Below are positions 1-8,595 of a DNA stretch of 56,438 nucleotides, piece after piece (the first letter of the stretch is position 1; each line of letters begins with the position of its first letter). The notes beneath the pieces were generated by a model. The model was not told the origin of the DNA. It searched no databases and saw nothing but the letters and a program-made list of their open reading frames with translations. Origin of the DNA: Gemmatimonadaceae bacterium (GTDB taxonomy: Bacteria; Gemmatimonadota; Gemmatimonadetes; Gemmatimonadales; Gemmatimonadaceae); contig JANRJP010000028.1 of the NCBI GenBank assembly GCA_033763905.1, positions 1-56,438 on the forward strand, given 5' to 3'. Both the position numbers and the translations under genes were made by a program.

Positions 1-737
1 GCCCGCTCGGCAATCACATTGAGGGTGTACGGGCCGCGCGCGCGTTCGATCGCCGCGATGATCCCGGGCGCCGCGACGCCGAATCCGGCACGGACACCGG
101 CGAGTCCGTACGCTTTGGAGAAGGTGCGGGCCACGACGACCCGGTCGTTCGCGGCCGCGCGGGTGAGCCAGGAGATGCCCGAAAACTCGGCGTACGCCTC
201 GTCGATGACGACGAGCCCGCGCGCGTCTGCAATCACGCGATCGACATGCGCCGGCGTTGGCGCGACCGCGGTGGGGTTGTTGGGCGCGCAGATGTAGGTG
301 ACATCGCCGTCAGCGGCGAGCAACGCGGCGGGGTCGATGTCGCCATCGGCGGCGAAGGGCACCGGGACGACGGTCGCCCCAGAGAGGGTGCCGAAGACCG
401 AGAGCATCACGAACGTCGGCGCGGAGTACACCACTCGACGGCCGGGTCCGGCGAAGGCGCGCATCGTCGCGTCGAGCACGTTGTCGCTGCCGCAGCCCGT
501 GACCACCGCCTCGGGCGCGACGCCGAACGTGCCGGCCACGGCGTCCTTCAGGGCTTCGCCGTACAGCGAGGGATACCCCACCGCCTCGGTGGCGGCGGCC
601 GCAATCGCCGCGGCCGCGGCGGGCGGGGGACCCCAAAGATTCGTATTGTCGGCGAGGTTCACACCCGACGGCATGTCTGCGCTGTACCGGGTGAGACCCG
701 CGACGATCTCGGTCGCGTTGGGTGTCGGGCGGCTCAT
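1..737 (-). CDS. hisC: Histidinol-phosphate aminotransferase (3' end outside window)
   Basis: Own translation from ATG at 737 (TGATG overlap with hisD stop): NLADNTN, GCGSDNVL, YICAPNNPT, VVIDEAYAEF, PLP-lysine motif RTFSKAYGLAGVRAG; follows hisD. Confidence 0.93.
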   Translation of the reverse strand, partial: MSRPTPNATEIVAGLTRYSADMPSGVNLADNTNLWGPPPAAAAAIAAAATEAVGYPSLYGEALKDAVAGTFGVAPEAVVTGCGSDNVLDATMRAFAGPGRRVVYSAPTFVMLSVFGTLSGATVVPVPFAADGDIDPAALLAADGDVTYICAPNNPTAVAPTPAHVDRVIADARGLVVIDEAYAEFSGISWLTRAAANDRVVVARTFSKAYGLAGVRAGFGVAAPGIIAAIERARGPYTLNVIAER

Positions 738-2071
738 CACGCGGCGCCTCGACCGCTGGCCCAGGCGCGCGCGGCCGCGGCGTGTCCCGGCAGACCTTCG
801 GCATCCGCGAAAATGCCCACGTCCTCTGCGAGCGCGGCCGCAGCGGCCGACGAAATCTCCTGCCAAGAGGTCCACCGCACGAAGTCGAGGGTGGACAAGC
901 CACTGAACGACCGCGCGAGACCGCCGGTGGGCAGCACGTGGTTGGCGCCACTCATATAGTCGCCAAAGGCAACGGAAGCCGAAGCACCAACAAAGACAGT
1001 TCCAGCGTTACGCAAACGCGCCATAAACAGGTCACTATCAGAACACTGAAGCTGCAAGTGTTCCGCCGCATAATCGTTGGCAAACTGGAGCTGTTCTTCC
1101 ACGCTCTCCGCCACCAGCACGCCGCCGGCCGTCGCCAGCGCTTCGATCACGATCCCGGCTCGGGTCTGGCCGACCGCTTGGCGACTCAGGGCCTCTTCGA
1201 CGCGCGCCGCAAAGGCGGCGGAGCGTACCACCGCTACCACGCAGGCCTTGGGGTCGTGCTCTGCCTGAGCGCAGAGCTCGCGCGCGATGGCGTCCGGGTC
1301 TGCCGCATCGTCCGCGAGCACGAGCAATTCGCTGGGCCCAGCGGGCGAGTCAATCGCGACCGTATTTGCGACCTGCACCTTCGCTTCCGCGACCCAGGCG
1401 TTGCCGGGGCCGACGATGCGTTCGACGCGCGGCACCGAGGCGGTGCCGTATGCCATCGCGCCGATCGCGCCCGCGCCGCCGAGGGCGAACAGGCGATCGA
1501 CGTCGGCGAGCTTGGCGGCCGCGAGGACCACATCGAGTGGCTGCTTCGTGTGGCGCCCGGGCGGCGAACACACGATGACCTCGCGGACGCCGGCCACGCG
1601 CGCCGGCACGGCGCCCATAATCAGCGAGGATGGATATGCCGCCCGACCGCCGGGCGCATAAACGCCGACACGATCCAGCGGATCCGGCCGTCGCCCGACG
1701 CGAATGCCGGGCTCGGGGCGGTACTCCACCGCCTGCGGTCGGAACGCGTCGTGCACGTCGCGCACGTTGCGAATCGCGCGCTCCAGCGCACGACGGAGCG
1801 CGGGATCCAGCGCATCGAGCGCCGTGTCCCACGCCGAGCGCGGGACTTCGAGGCGGTCGAGCGACACGCCGTCGAGTTCCTGCGCGAGGCCACGGAGCGC
1901 TTCATCGCCCATACTGCGCACGGCATCGAGAATGGCGCCAACCTGATCGCGGACGGCGTCATCGTTGGAGGTGGTGCGATCAAACAGGGCGGTGCGATCG
2001 GCCGCGGTCAGCGCGCGGAGCGGGCCGCGGAACCGCAGGGCCAAGGCGTTGGAGGGCGTGGAAGTCGGCAT
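737..2071 (-). CDS. hisD: Histidinol dehydrogenase
   Basis: Motifs VGVYAPGGRAAYPSS, IVGPGNAWVAEAK, IDSPAGPSE, QAEHDP, DYAAEHL, GDYMSGANHVLPT, EGLPGH. Start trimmed to ATG 2071 because the ORF-track extension overlaps hisG. Confidence 0.96.
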   Translation of the reverse strand: MPTSTPSNALALRFRGPLRALTAADRTALFDRTTSNDDAVRDQVGAILDAVRSMGDEALRGLAQELDGVSLDRLEVPRSAWDTALDALDPALRRALERAIRNVRDVHDAFRPQAVEYRPEPGIRVGRRPDPLDRVGVYAPGGRAAYPSSLIMGAVPARVAGVREVIVCSPPGRHTKQPLDVVLAAAKLADVDRLFALGGAGAIGAMAYGTASVPRVERIVGPGNAWVAEAKVQVANTVAIDSPAGPSELLVLADDAADPDAIARELCAQAEHDPKACVVAVVRSAAFAARVEEALSRQAVGQTRAGIVIEALATAGGVLVAESVEEQLQFANDYAAEHLQLQCSDSDLFMARLRNAGTVFVGASASVAFGDYMSGANHVLPTGGLARSFSGLSTLDFVRWTSWQEISSAAAAALAEDVGIFADAEGLPGHAAAARAWASGRGAA

Positions 2072-2088
2072 ATCGAATCGTCGGGGCG

Positions 2089-2955
2089 TCACGCGAGGCG
2101 CTCGATGCGCGTCACGAGGATTCCCTCGCCGCCGAGCTCCTGCAGTTGGGCAATCGTGCGATAGATGAGATCGGCGCGAACGACGGCGTGCACGGCGACC
2201 ATCGCACCGCCATTCGCGATTTCGAGCACCGTCGGTCCGTTGATGCCCGGGAGAATCGTCTTCACGCGATCGAGGGCGGTGCGCGGTACGTTGGCCATCA
2301 CGTAGCGCTGGCCGCGGGCGCGAATCACCGACTCGAGCGCGAGCGCGAGATCGCGCATCGCGACGCGCTTGGTGGCGTCCTCGGCCACATTGCGACCGGA
2401 GATCAGGCGCGCCGAGCTCGTGAGCACGGTGCCGATCTCGCGCATCCCGTTCATTCGCAGGGTCGACCCAGTGCTGGTGAGATCGACGACGATATCGGCG
2501 ATGCCCAGATGTGGCGCGATCTCGGCAGCACCCGAGACCGGCACGACACGCGCGCTGATGCCCTGCTCGGTAAAGAACGCGCTCGTGAGGTGCGGAAACA
2601 CCGTGGCCACGCGTGGCGCCGGAGCGGCGGCGAGATCGGCGATCGTCCGCGCGGGGCTTTCGTCGCGTACCGCGACGACGAGGCGACATTTGCCGAAGCG
2701 CAGATCCAGTTCTTCGGTCAGTGCGCGTCCGGATTCCCGCACCAGATCGAGGCCGGTAACCCCCGCATCGGCGGCACCATCGGCGACGAACTCGGGGATG
2801 TCCTGCGCGCGGACGAACAGCGCTTCGAACTCGCCGCCCAGCGAGGCCGTGAGCGCGCGTTCGCCCGCCTGTCGGACTTCCAGTCCAGCGTCGTTGAAGA
2901 GCTCGCGGGCATCGTCCGAGAGCCGGCCCTTGTTTGGAATGGCGATCTTGAGCAT
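2089..2955 (-). CDS. hisG: ATP phosphoribosyltransferase, long form
   Basis: MLKIAIPNKGRL, RAQDIPEFVADG, GAAEIAP, IVVDLTSTGSTLRMN, plus C-terminal regulatory domain (LPGINGPTV...GILV). Confidence 0.97.
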   Translation of the reverse strand: MLKIAIPNKGRLSDDARELFNDAGLEVRQAGERALTASLGGEFEALFVRAQDIPEFVADGAADAGVTGLDLVRESGRALTEELDLRFGKCRLVVAVRDESPARTIADLAAAPAPRVATVFPHLTSAFFTEQGISARVVPVSGAAEIAPHLGIADIVVDLTSTGSTLRMNGMREIGTVLTSSARLISGRNVAEDATKRVAMRDLALALESVIRARGQRYVMANVPRTALDRVKTILPGINGPTVLEIANGGAMVAVHAVVRADLIYRTIAQLQELGGEGILVTRIERLA

Positions 2956-2973
2956 CGGGGTACGAGAGGTCGG

Positions 2974-3008
2974 AAAACGAAACGGCCCGTCCGAGATCGG
3001 ACGGGCCG
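2974..3008 (-). terminator. his attenuator intrinsic terminator
   Basis: Minus strand CGGCCCGTCCGA-TC-TCGGACGGGCCG followed by TTTCGTTTT, between the leader peptide and hisG. Confidence 0.85.
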
Positions 3009-3039
3009 GGAGCTGGCAGGTGTCGGGAGCGAAACTCGC

Positions 3040-3117
3040 TCAGCCGCGCGCGTGCGCCATCCCCCGGCCGGAGCCGTGGTGATGGTGGTGATGCGAGGCG
3101 CGAGCGGCGACGAACAT
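3040..3117 (-). CDS. hisL: his operon leader peptide (25 aa, six tandem His)
   Basis: MFVAARASHHHHHHGSGRGMAHARG*; His codons at 3076-3093; terminator and antiterminator pairings downstream. Confidence 0.88.
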   Translation of the reverse strand: MFVAARASHHHHHHGSGRGMAHARG

Positions 3118-3123
3118 GCGACA

Positions 3124-3152
3124 AACGTAGGTCGCGGACCCGAGCGGGTCAA
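3124..3152 (-). promoter_or_regulatory. sigma70-type promoter of the his operon (leaderless hisL)
   Basis: TTGACC-17 nt-TACGTT, 6 nt before the hisL ATG. Confidence 0.7.
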
Positions 3153-3280
3153 CCGCAACAAAATTGAAACAGCGGGGTGCTTCTCCTACGTTTCTGCCAC
3201 GTGTCGGCGCGCTCCGGATGACGGTCGACGCAGGTTCCTCAACACGTAGCAAATCACTGGCTCCCAGGAGGCCACGCGTT

Positions 3281-3772
3281 ATGCGTTTTGCGATCACGAT
3301 GTGTGCAGCGGCGATGGTGCTCGCCGCGTGCAGTGGCGAGAAGAAGGCGGACGAAGCGCCGGCGGCGGCAGAAGCGCCGGCCGCGGCGCCGGCGGCTCCG
3401 GCGGCAGCGCCTGCGGGCGGCCCGGCGGCGATCACCGGCAAGACGGTCGAAGTGAAGATGATCGGCGACGACAAGGGCTACCGCTTCGAGCCGGCGGAGA
3501 TCACGATCGCCAAGGGTGACGGCGTGAAGTTCGTGATGGTCGCTGGTGGCCCGCACAACGTGGCGTTCGATGCCGCGAAGGTGCCGGCCGCGTCGAAGGC
3601 GCAGCTCGATGCGAACATTCCCGAGAAGATCGGTGAGCTCGCGTCGGGGATGAAGATGAACCCCAACGAGACGATCGTCATCTCGTTCGCCGGCGTCGAG
3701 GCCGGGACCTACGAGTACTTCTGCACGCCGCATCTCGCGATGGGCATGAAGGGCAAGATCATCGTGCAGTAA
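3281..3772 (+). CDS. Plastocyanin/azurin-family blue copper lipoprotein
   Basis: Lipobox LAAC, Pro/Ala linker, type-1 Cu ligands PHN and YFCTPHLAMGM. Confidence 0.9.
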   Translation: MRFAITMCAAAMVLAACSGEKKADEAPAAAEAPAAAPAAPAAAPAGGPAAITGKTVEVKMIGDDKGYRFEPAEITIAKGDGVKFVMVAGGPHNVAFDAAKVPAASKAQLDANIPEKIGELASGMKMNPNETIVISFAGVEAGTYEYFCTPHLAMGMKGKIIVQ

Positions 3773-3793
3773 GCGGTCGTTCGCGGCTCGACC

Positions 3794-3834
3794 ACCACGG
3801 GGTGCGTGCTTCGGCGCGCACCCCGTGGTTATTT
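3794..3834 (+). terminator. Intrinsic terminator
   Basis: ACCACGGGGTGCGTGC-TTCG-GCGCGCACCCCGTGGT then TATTT. Confidence 0.75.
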
Positions 3835-3866
3835 CTGGGGATGCTTGTGGCCTCCCGACTGCCGTG

Positions 3867-4799
3867 ATGACCTCGCCCGTTTCGCGTCGCGCCCGCAACG
3901 CGTGGCGCCGTGCGCGCGGCCTCGCGCTGCTGGCGGTCGCGATCGCCACGGTGACCGGTGTGGCGCTGTGGGTGCTCGCGGCAGGGCGAGCGTCGGCGAT
4001 CCCGGCGATCCCCGCCACGATCGGCGTCACGGTGACCGCCGTCGCCATCGCGGTGGCCGCGGGCCTCGGCGCCGAGTTCCGTCGGCCGCGGGTGGCGGAC
4101 CTCGACGAAGCGTCGCGAGCGGCCAAGGCGCCGGGCTTGGGCGTGGTGCGGACGCAGCGCGCCGCCGACGAACCGCTCGGCCGCCGCGCCACGTGGTTCG
4201 TCCCCGACGATCCATGGCGACTGACGTTGGCCGCCCTCACCCCGCGCGCTGCGGCCGGCAGCTGGGTGCTGGTGTCGGGCGACGAAGCGAACGAGACCGG
4301 GCAGACGGCCGCCGGCATCGCGCGCGCGGCGGCGGCCGAGCCGCGCAGCACGCTGCTGGTGGATACCGATCCGGTGACCCGAGGAGCGGTGCGCGATTTT
4401 CCGCACGCCTCGCGAGAGGGCGTCGCAGAGGTGGTCGCGGATGGGCGTGCGTGGCAGGACGTCATCGCGTCGGCGACTGGGGAGTACCGAGCGCTCGATC
4501 TCGTCGGTCCCGGCGTCCCCGGCCGTGCGCGCGCGTCGCGTTTGAGCCCGGAGGATCAGTCGGCGCTCCGCGCGCTGAGTCGCGGCTACGCGATGACGAT
4601 CATTTCGTTGGCGGATCCCGCGGCGCTGCTCTCGGCATCGGGCGGCGTGCTGCCGAACACCCAGGCGGTGCTCGTGGCGGTGCGAGGCGTGACGACGCTC
4701 GCCTCCCTCCGTCGGCGGAGTGCGATCCTCGAAGCCGCAGGCGTACAGACGGCCGGTGTGCTGCTGTGGGAACAGGCCGCCGCACGCCCGGTCAGCTGA
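3867..4799 (+). CDS. Membrane protein with degenerate BY-kinase (CpsD/Wzc-like) P-loop domain
   Basis: Two N-terminal hydrophobic helices; LLVDTD (Walker A'-like) and EGVAEVV...WQDVI resemble BY-kinases; no GK(S/T) motif. Confidence 0.5.
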   Translation: MTSPVSRRARNAWRRARGLALLAVAIATVTGVALWVLAAGRASAIPAIPATIGVTVTAVAIAVAAGLGAEFRRPRVADLDEASRAAKAPGLGVVRTQRAADEPLGRRATWFVPDDPWRLTLAALTPRAAAGSWVLVSGDEANETGQTAAGIARAAAAEPRSTLLVDTDPVTRGAVRDFPHASREGVAEVVADGRAWQDVIASATGEYRALDLVGPGVPGRARASRLSPEDQSALRALSRGYAMTIISLADPAALLSASGGVLPNTQAVLVAVRGVTTLASLRRRSAILEAAGVQTAGVLLWEQAAARPVS

Positions 4800-4815
4800 G
4801 CGGACACGATCGCGC

Positions 4816-5817
4816 CTACAACTCGAGGGCCAGTTGCACGGCGTCGGTGCGCGTCTGCGGGTGCGCCGCGAGATGCGTCGCGTGGATGCCCATTGCGCGG
4901 AGATGCGCGGCGAACGTCGGCGTCCCGTGCACGGTGTAGATCGTGCGCGCGCCGGACTCGCGCACGGTCTCGAGCAGCCCGTCGAAATCGGCGTGGTCCG
5001 ACAGTGGCAGGACCAGGTCGCAGTCGCGGTAGATGTTGGCCGCACCGGGATGCAGCGCCCATCCCGTGAGCAGACACACCCGCCGACGCGGGAGCGCCGT
5101 CACCATCGGTGATTTCCGCGAGCCGGGCGTGGTGAGGAGCACAGCGGTCTCCAAAGCGCCGCGCACGTAGCGGCGCCACCGGCCGGTGGAGGGGAGCGTC
5201 GCGCCCAAGGCCAAATGCGCGTCGGTGAGTTCGGCAATCGCGCCGTGCAGCACGACGTCGAGACCCGCCGAGAGCAGATGCCACAGTGCCTCCTGTCCCT
5301 TGCCGAACGGATACGCGCAGACGACGGGCACTGCGTCCTCGGCCAACGCGTCGCGCACGAACGCGAGCAGCGCCGCGACGATCAGATCATCGGGCGGAAA
5401 CCGGTAGCGCGGGTCGCCGAACGTGCATTCGGTGATGAGCACATCGCACGCCGGCACGCGCACCGGTGGCGAGAACGGGTTCGGGCGTCGCTTGAAGTCC
5501 CCGGTGTAGCACAAGGTGCCTTCGCGCGACGAGACCACGAGCATCGCCGAGCCCAACGTGTGGCCAGCGGGTCGCAGGTGGACGACGGCATCGTGCCGCG
5601 AGACGGGTTCGTCCCACGCCGGCGTGATGAGCGTCGTCGGTGTTTGCCCGCGCCGAGCGGCGATCGCGGCGGTCTCCGCGGTGCAGAGGACAGCCGGACT
5701 GCGGGTGAGGTGATCGCCGTGCGCGTGGGATACGAAGACCGGGCCCGGGGCCTCGCGGGCATCGAGCCACAAGTCGGCGGCGGGGACGTAGAGTCCCTCG
5801 GGACGAACCTCGATCAC
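4816..5817 (-). CDS. MBL-fold/beta-CASP nuclease (ligase-associated DNA-damage exonuclease-like)
   Basis: SHAHGDH, AGHTLGS, YTGDFK, ITECTFG, AYPFGKGQE, LSDHADF, VHG. Confidence 0.85.
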   Translation of the reverse strand: MIEVRPEGLYVPAADLWLDAREAPGPVFVSHAHGDHLTRSPAVLCTAETAAIAARRGQTPTTLITPAWDEPVSRHDAVVHLRPAGHTLGSAMLVVSSREGTLCYTGDFKRRPNPFSPPVRVPACDVLITECTFGDPRYRFPPDDLIVAALLAFVRDALAEDAVPVVCAYPFGKGQEALWHLLSAGLDVVLHGAIAELTDAHLALGATLPSTGRWRRYVRGALETAVLLTTPGSRKSPMVTALPRRRVCLLTGWALHPGAANIYRDCDLVLPLSDHADFDGLLETVRESGARTIYTVHGTPTFAAHLRAMGIHATHLAAHPQTRTDAVQLALEL

Positions 5818-5843
5818 GGCGTCCGGTCGGTAGATTCCACGCG

Positions 5844-6284
5844 ATGTGGGCCGATACCCTGATGAGCGCCGAACGAGCGCATCTGCTGCGCCTGCTGTGG
5901 TGGGGTATGGCCTGCGTCGTGCTGGGCGGGACCGCGCTGGTCGCGGTGCAGCGGCGACAGCCGCGTCCGATGCTGGTATGGCACTTTGCGGTGCAGACGG
6001 CGGCGTGGGGGGCGGTGGACGTGGCGCTGGTCGCGGCGGGTTGGCAGAGTGTGCGTCCGCGAGACGTAAATGGGTATCAGGCGCTGCGGGAGTTCCTGTG
6101 GTTGAATGTGGGCCTGGATGTGGGGTATGCCGGCGTGGGGCTGGCCCTGGCGGCGTGCGGCTGGTGGTTGGGTCGCCGCGCGGGGCTGGTCGGCGCCGGA
6201 ACCGGGGTTGTCGTTCAGGGGTTGGCTTTGCTCGCGCTCGATGCGTGGCTTCTCGTGGTGCTCAACCGAATGGCGGTGGCGTGA
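5844..6284 (+). CDS. Hypothetical membrane protein (about four TM helices)
   Basis: Hydrophobic segments; QTAAWGAVD and LNVGLDVGY motifs. TAGATT lies 7 nt before ATG 5844; alternative start at 5862. Confidence 0.7.
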   Translation: MWADTLMSAERAHLLRLLWWGMACVVLGGTALVAVQRRQPRPMLVWHFAVQTAAWGAVDVALVAAGWQSVRPRDVNGYQALREFLWLNVGLDVGYAGVGLALAACGWWLGRRAGLVGAGTGVVVQGLALLALDAWLLVVLNRMAVA

Positions 6285-6776
6285 ATGGCTGAAGTGACGT
6301 TGGATCTACGGGGGACCGATAAGGCATCGGCCTACCAGGAGCTAGAGTCCCACTGCGTTGAAGTGTTGCGTGGGATATCCGATGATGTCGCGAAGATGGC
6401 CACAGTTTCGTGCCTTGTGCACAACGCGTTCGGCCACCTGTGGACAGGCTTCTACCGCGTGGTCGAGCCCGGTCGCTTGCTTCGCGTCGGGCCATATCAG
6501 GGCACGTTGGGCTGTCTCGAGATCGCGTTCGGGCGGGGCGTGTGCGGGACGGCTGCCGCAACCGGTGTCACGCAGGTCGTGCCCGACGTGCACGCGTTTC
6601 CCGGACACATCGCCTGCGACGGCCGCTCGGCGTCGGAAATCGTCGTCCCGGTCTTCAACGCCCATCGGGAGCTCATCGCCGTGTTCGATGTCGACAGCGA
6701 GCATCTGGCGACCTTCGACGACGAGGATCGCGTGGGCTTGGAACGCCTCCTCGCCGCCGTGTTCGGCGCGCCGTAG
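6285..6776 (+). CDS. msrC: GAF-domain free methionine-(R)-sulfoxide reductase-like protein
   Basis: WTGFY, VGPYQGTLGC, GRGVCGTA, FPGHIACD, SEIVVP, FDVDS. Confidence 0.8.
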   Translation: MAEVTLDLRGTDKASAYQELESHCVEVLRGISDDVAKMATVSCLVHNAFGHLWTGFYRVVEPGRLLRVGPYQGTLGCLEIAFGRGVCGTAAATGVTQVVPDVHAFPGHIACDGRSASEIVVPVFNAHRELIAVFDVDSEHLATFDDEDRVGLERLLAAVFGAP

Positions 6777-6785
6777 AATCAGCCC

Positions 6786-7388
6786 GTGCAACCCGGCTAC
6801 TCCGACCGCATCAATCACGCGCTCGCCTTCGCGGCGAAGCATCACGACGGCCAAGTGCGCAAGGGCACGGCGGCGCCGTATCTCACGCAGCCCGCCAACG
6901 TCGCGATCATCCTCACGCGATACGGACAGCCGGAGGACACGGTCGTCAGCGGCATTCTGCACGATGTCGTCGAAGACTGGGTGCGCGATGGTTACACCGC
7001 CGACGAGCTCGACGACCGCATCGGGCGAAAGTTCGGCACGGTCGTGCTCGAAACGCTGCTTGCCGTCACGCGGCGTCGCCACGACGACGACGGCATCGAG
7101 CTCTCGGCGGACGAGCAGAAGGCCGACTACCTCTCGCGCCTGACGACCGCCAGCGATGCGGCGCGTTGGGTCTGCTGCGCCGATCTGGTGCATCACGCCG
7201 GTGGGCTGCTGGCCGACCTGCGGCGCACGATCGACGCGAACGTCGTCTGGTCGCGGCAGAGCGGTGGCCGCAGCGGCACACTGCACTGGTTCAGCGGCGT
7301 GGTCGAGCGCCTCGATTCGCTCGGCTGGCACGCGCCAGTGCTCGACGAACTGCGCTCGCTGACGCACGCGCTGCAGCAGCAGCCCTGA
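6786..7388 (+). CDS. HD-domain protein, RelA/SpoT hydrolase (SAH/Mesh1)-like
   Basis: AAKHHDGQVRK...PY, LHDVVED, ADL; GTG start. Confidence 0.8.
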   Translation: MQPGYSDRINHALAFAAKHHDGQVRKGTAAPYLTQPANVAIILTRYGQPEDTVVSGILHDVVEDWVRDGYTADELDDRIGRKFGTVVLETLLAVTRRRHDDDGIELSADEQKADYLSRLTTASDAARWVCCADLVHHAGGLLADLRRTIDANVVWSRQSGGRSGTLHWFSGVVERLDSLGWHAPVLDELRSLTHALQQQP

Positions 7389-7413
7389 GCGCCCGAGGGG
7401 CGGAGGGCCGCCG

Positions 7414-8592
7414 ATGACCACGCCGCGCGACACCTCGACCACACAAGAGGCGGCTGCCGACTCCAGCATCCCCGTGGCGGTGCTGCGCGCCGCGGTGACG
7501 CGTGGCGTCATTACCGAGGCCCAGCTGACGGCGCTGCTCGCCGCCGCGTCCCCCGAGAGCGCACGCGGGATGCGGGCCGCCGAGCGACTGATCTCGCACG
7601 GCACCACCAGCATCGGCATCGCGTATCGACTCGGCGCGGCACTCGTGGTGCTCGCCGCTGGATGGTTTCTCGCCGACTACTGGCGCGACTTGGGCGCGGG
7701 GGGCGTGTTGGCACTCGGCGGCGGCTATGCGCTCGCCGCAGCGCTCGCGGCGCGCGCGTTGCACGCCCGCGGGTACGAGCAGGCGGCCGGCTATGCGGCG
7801 ACGATCATCGTCGCGTTGACGCCGGTGGTGACGTGGGCGTTCCTGACCCTGGTGGGGTGGTGGGGCGACGGCGTGCCGGATCTGAGTACGCCGGACGGGT
7901 TCGATCGCTTGCTCGCGCTCGAGGGCGCGGCCTTGGCAGCGTCGCTCGTCGCGCGACGGTTCGTGGAGACACGCCTGCACGTGCTGCTGGTGGTCGTCAG
8001 CCTGACCGCCGTCGTGCTCACGCTACCCCGTCGTGTGCTCTGGCCGTCGTATCCGGCCGATCTCGAGACCTGGGTGGCCTTCGTGTGGGCCGGCGCGTGT
8101 GCGCTCCTTGGCTACGCCGAGGATCGTGCCGTCGCGCAAGACGCTGACCGGGCGCCTGATGCCCCGGATATCTGGTACACCGCGGCGGCGATCAGCGCCG
8201 CCGTGGCGATCACCACCAGGTGGACGTGGTTCGGCGCGTGGCATCACGTGCTGGCGCCGTCTGCCGGCCTGGGGATGCTCTGGGCGGCAACGCGGCTCGG
8301 GCGGCGGCAGCTCGCCGCGATCGGCCTCGTCTGGACGCTCGCCTACTGCACGTCACTGGTGGGCGACGTGCTGGCCGACGTCGTGGGGGCGCCGGCCGCG
8401 ATGGCGGGGCTCGGCCTGCTCCTGTTGCTCGGCACCGTCTGGGCCCAGCGCCGCTATCCCAGTCTGGTGCGCGATGCGCTGCGGTGGACACCGAAGGCCG
8501 CCCTCGCGCTTCCCGGGGGCTGGCTGACGGCCTCGCTGCCGCTGCTCGCCGCCCTCGGGTTGGTGGGGACGCGCGTGGTCGCCGGGCCCTGA
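7414..8592 (+). CDS. Multi-pass membrane protein (DUF2157-like)
   Basis: About 11 hydrophobic segments; N-terminal AAVTRGVITEAQ pattern. Confidence 0.6.
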   Translation: MTTPRDTSTTQEAAADSSIPVAVLRAAVTRGVITEAQLTALLAAASPESARGMRAAERLISHGTTSIGIAYRLGAALVVLAAGWFLADYWRDLGAGGVLALGGGYALAAALAARALHARGYEQAAGYAATIIVALTPVVTWAFLTLVGWWGDGVPDLSTPDGFDRLLALEGAALAASLVARRFVETRLHVLLVVVSLTAVVLTLPRRVLWPSYPADLETWVAFVWAGACALLGYAEDRAVAQDADRAPDAPDIWYTAAAISAAVAITTRWTWFGAWHHVLAPSAGLGMLWAATRLGRRQLAAIGLVWTLAYCTSLVGDVLADVVGAPAAMAGLGLLLLLGTVWAQRRYPSLVRDALRWTPKAALALPGGWLTASLPLLAALGLVGTRVVAGP

Positions 8593-8595
8593 CGC

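Noticed and set aside
3076..3093. His6 run as a synthetic tag
   Set aside because: It sits in a natural attenuator context with mixed CAT/CAC codons and no vector sequence.
2072..3124. 795-aa ORF suggesting an N-terminally extended HisD
   Set aside because: The extension overlaps hisG in another frame and is Arg-rich noise; the real start is ~2071.
6000..6420. Second lower-GC stretch across the membrane gene and the msrC 5' end
   Set aside because: The shift is mild and diffuse and may reflect normal 5' codon relaxation; not quantified.
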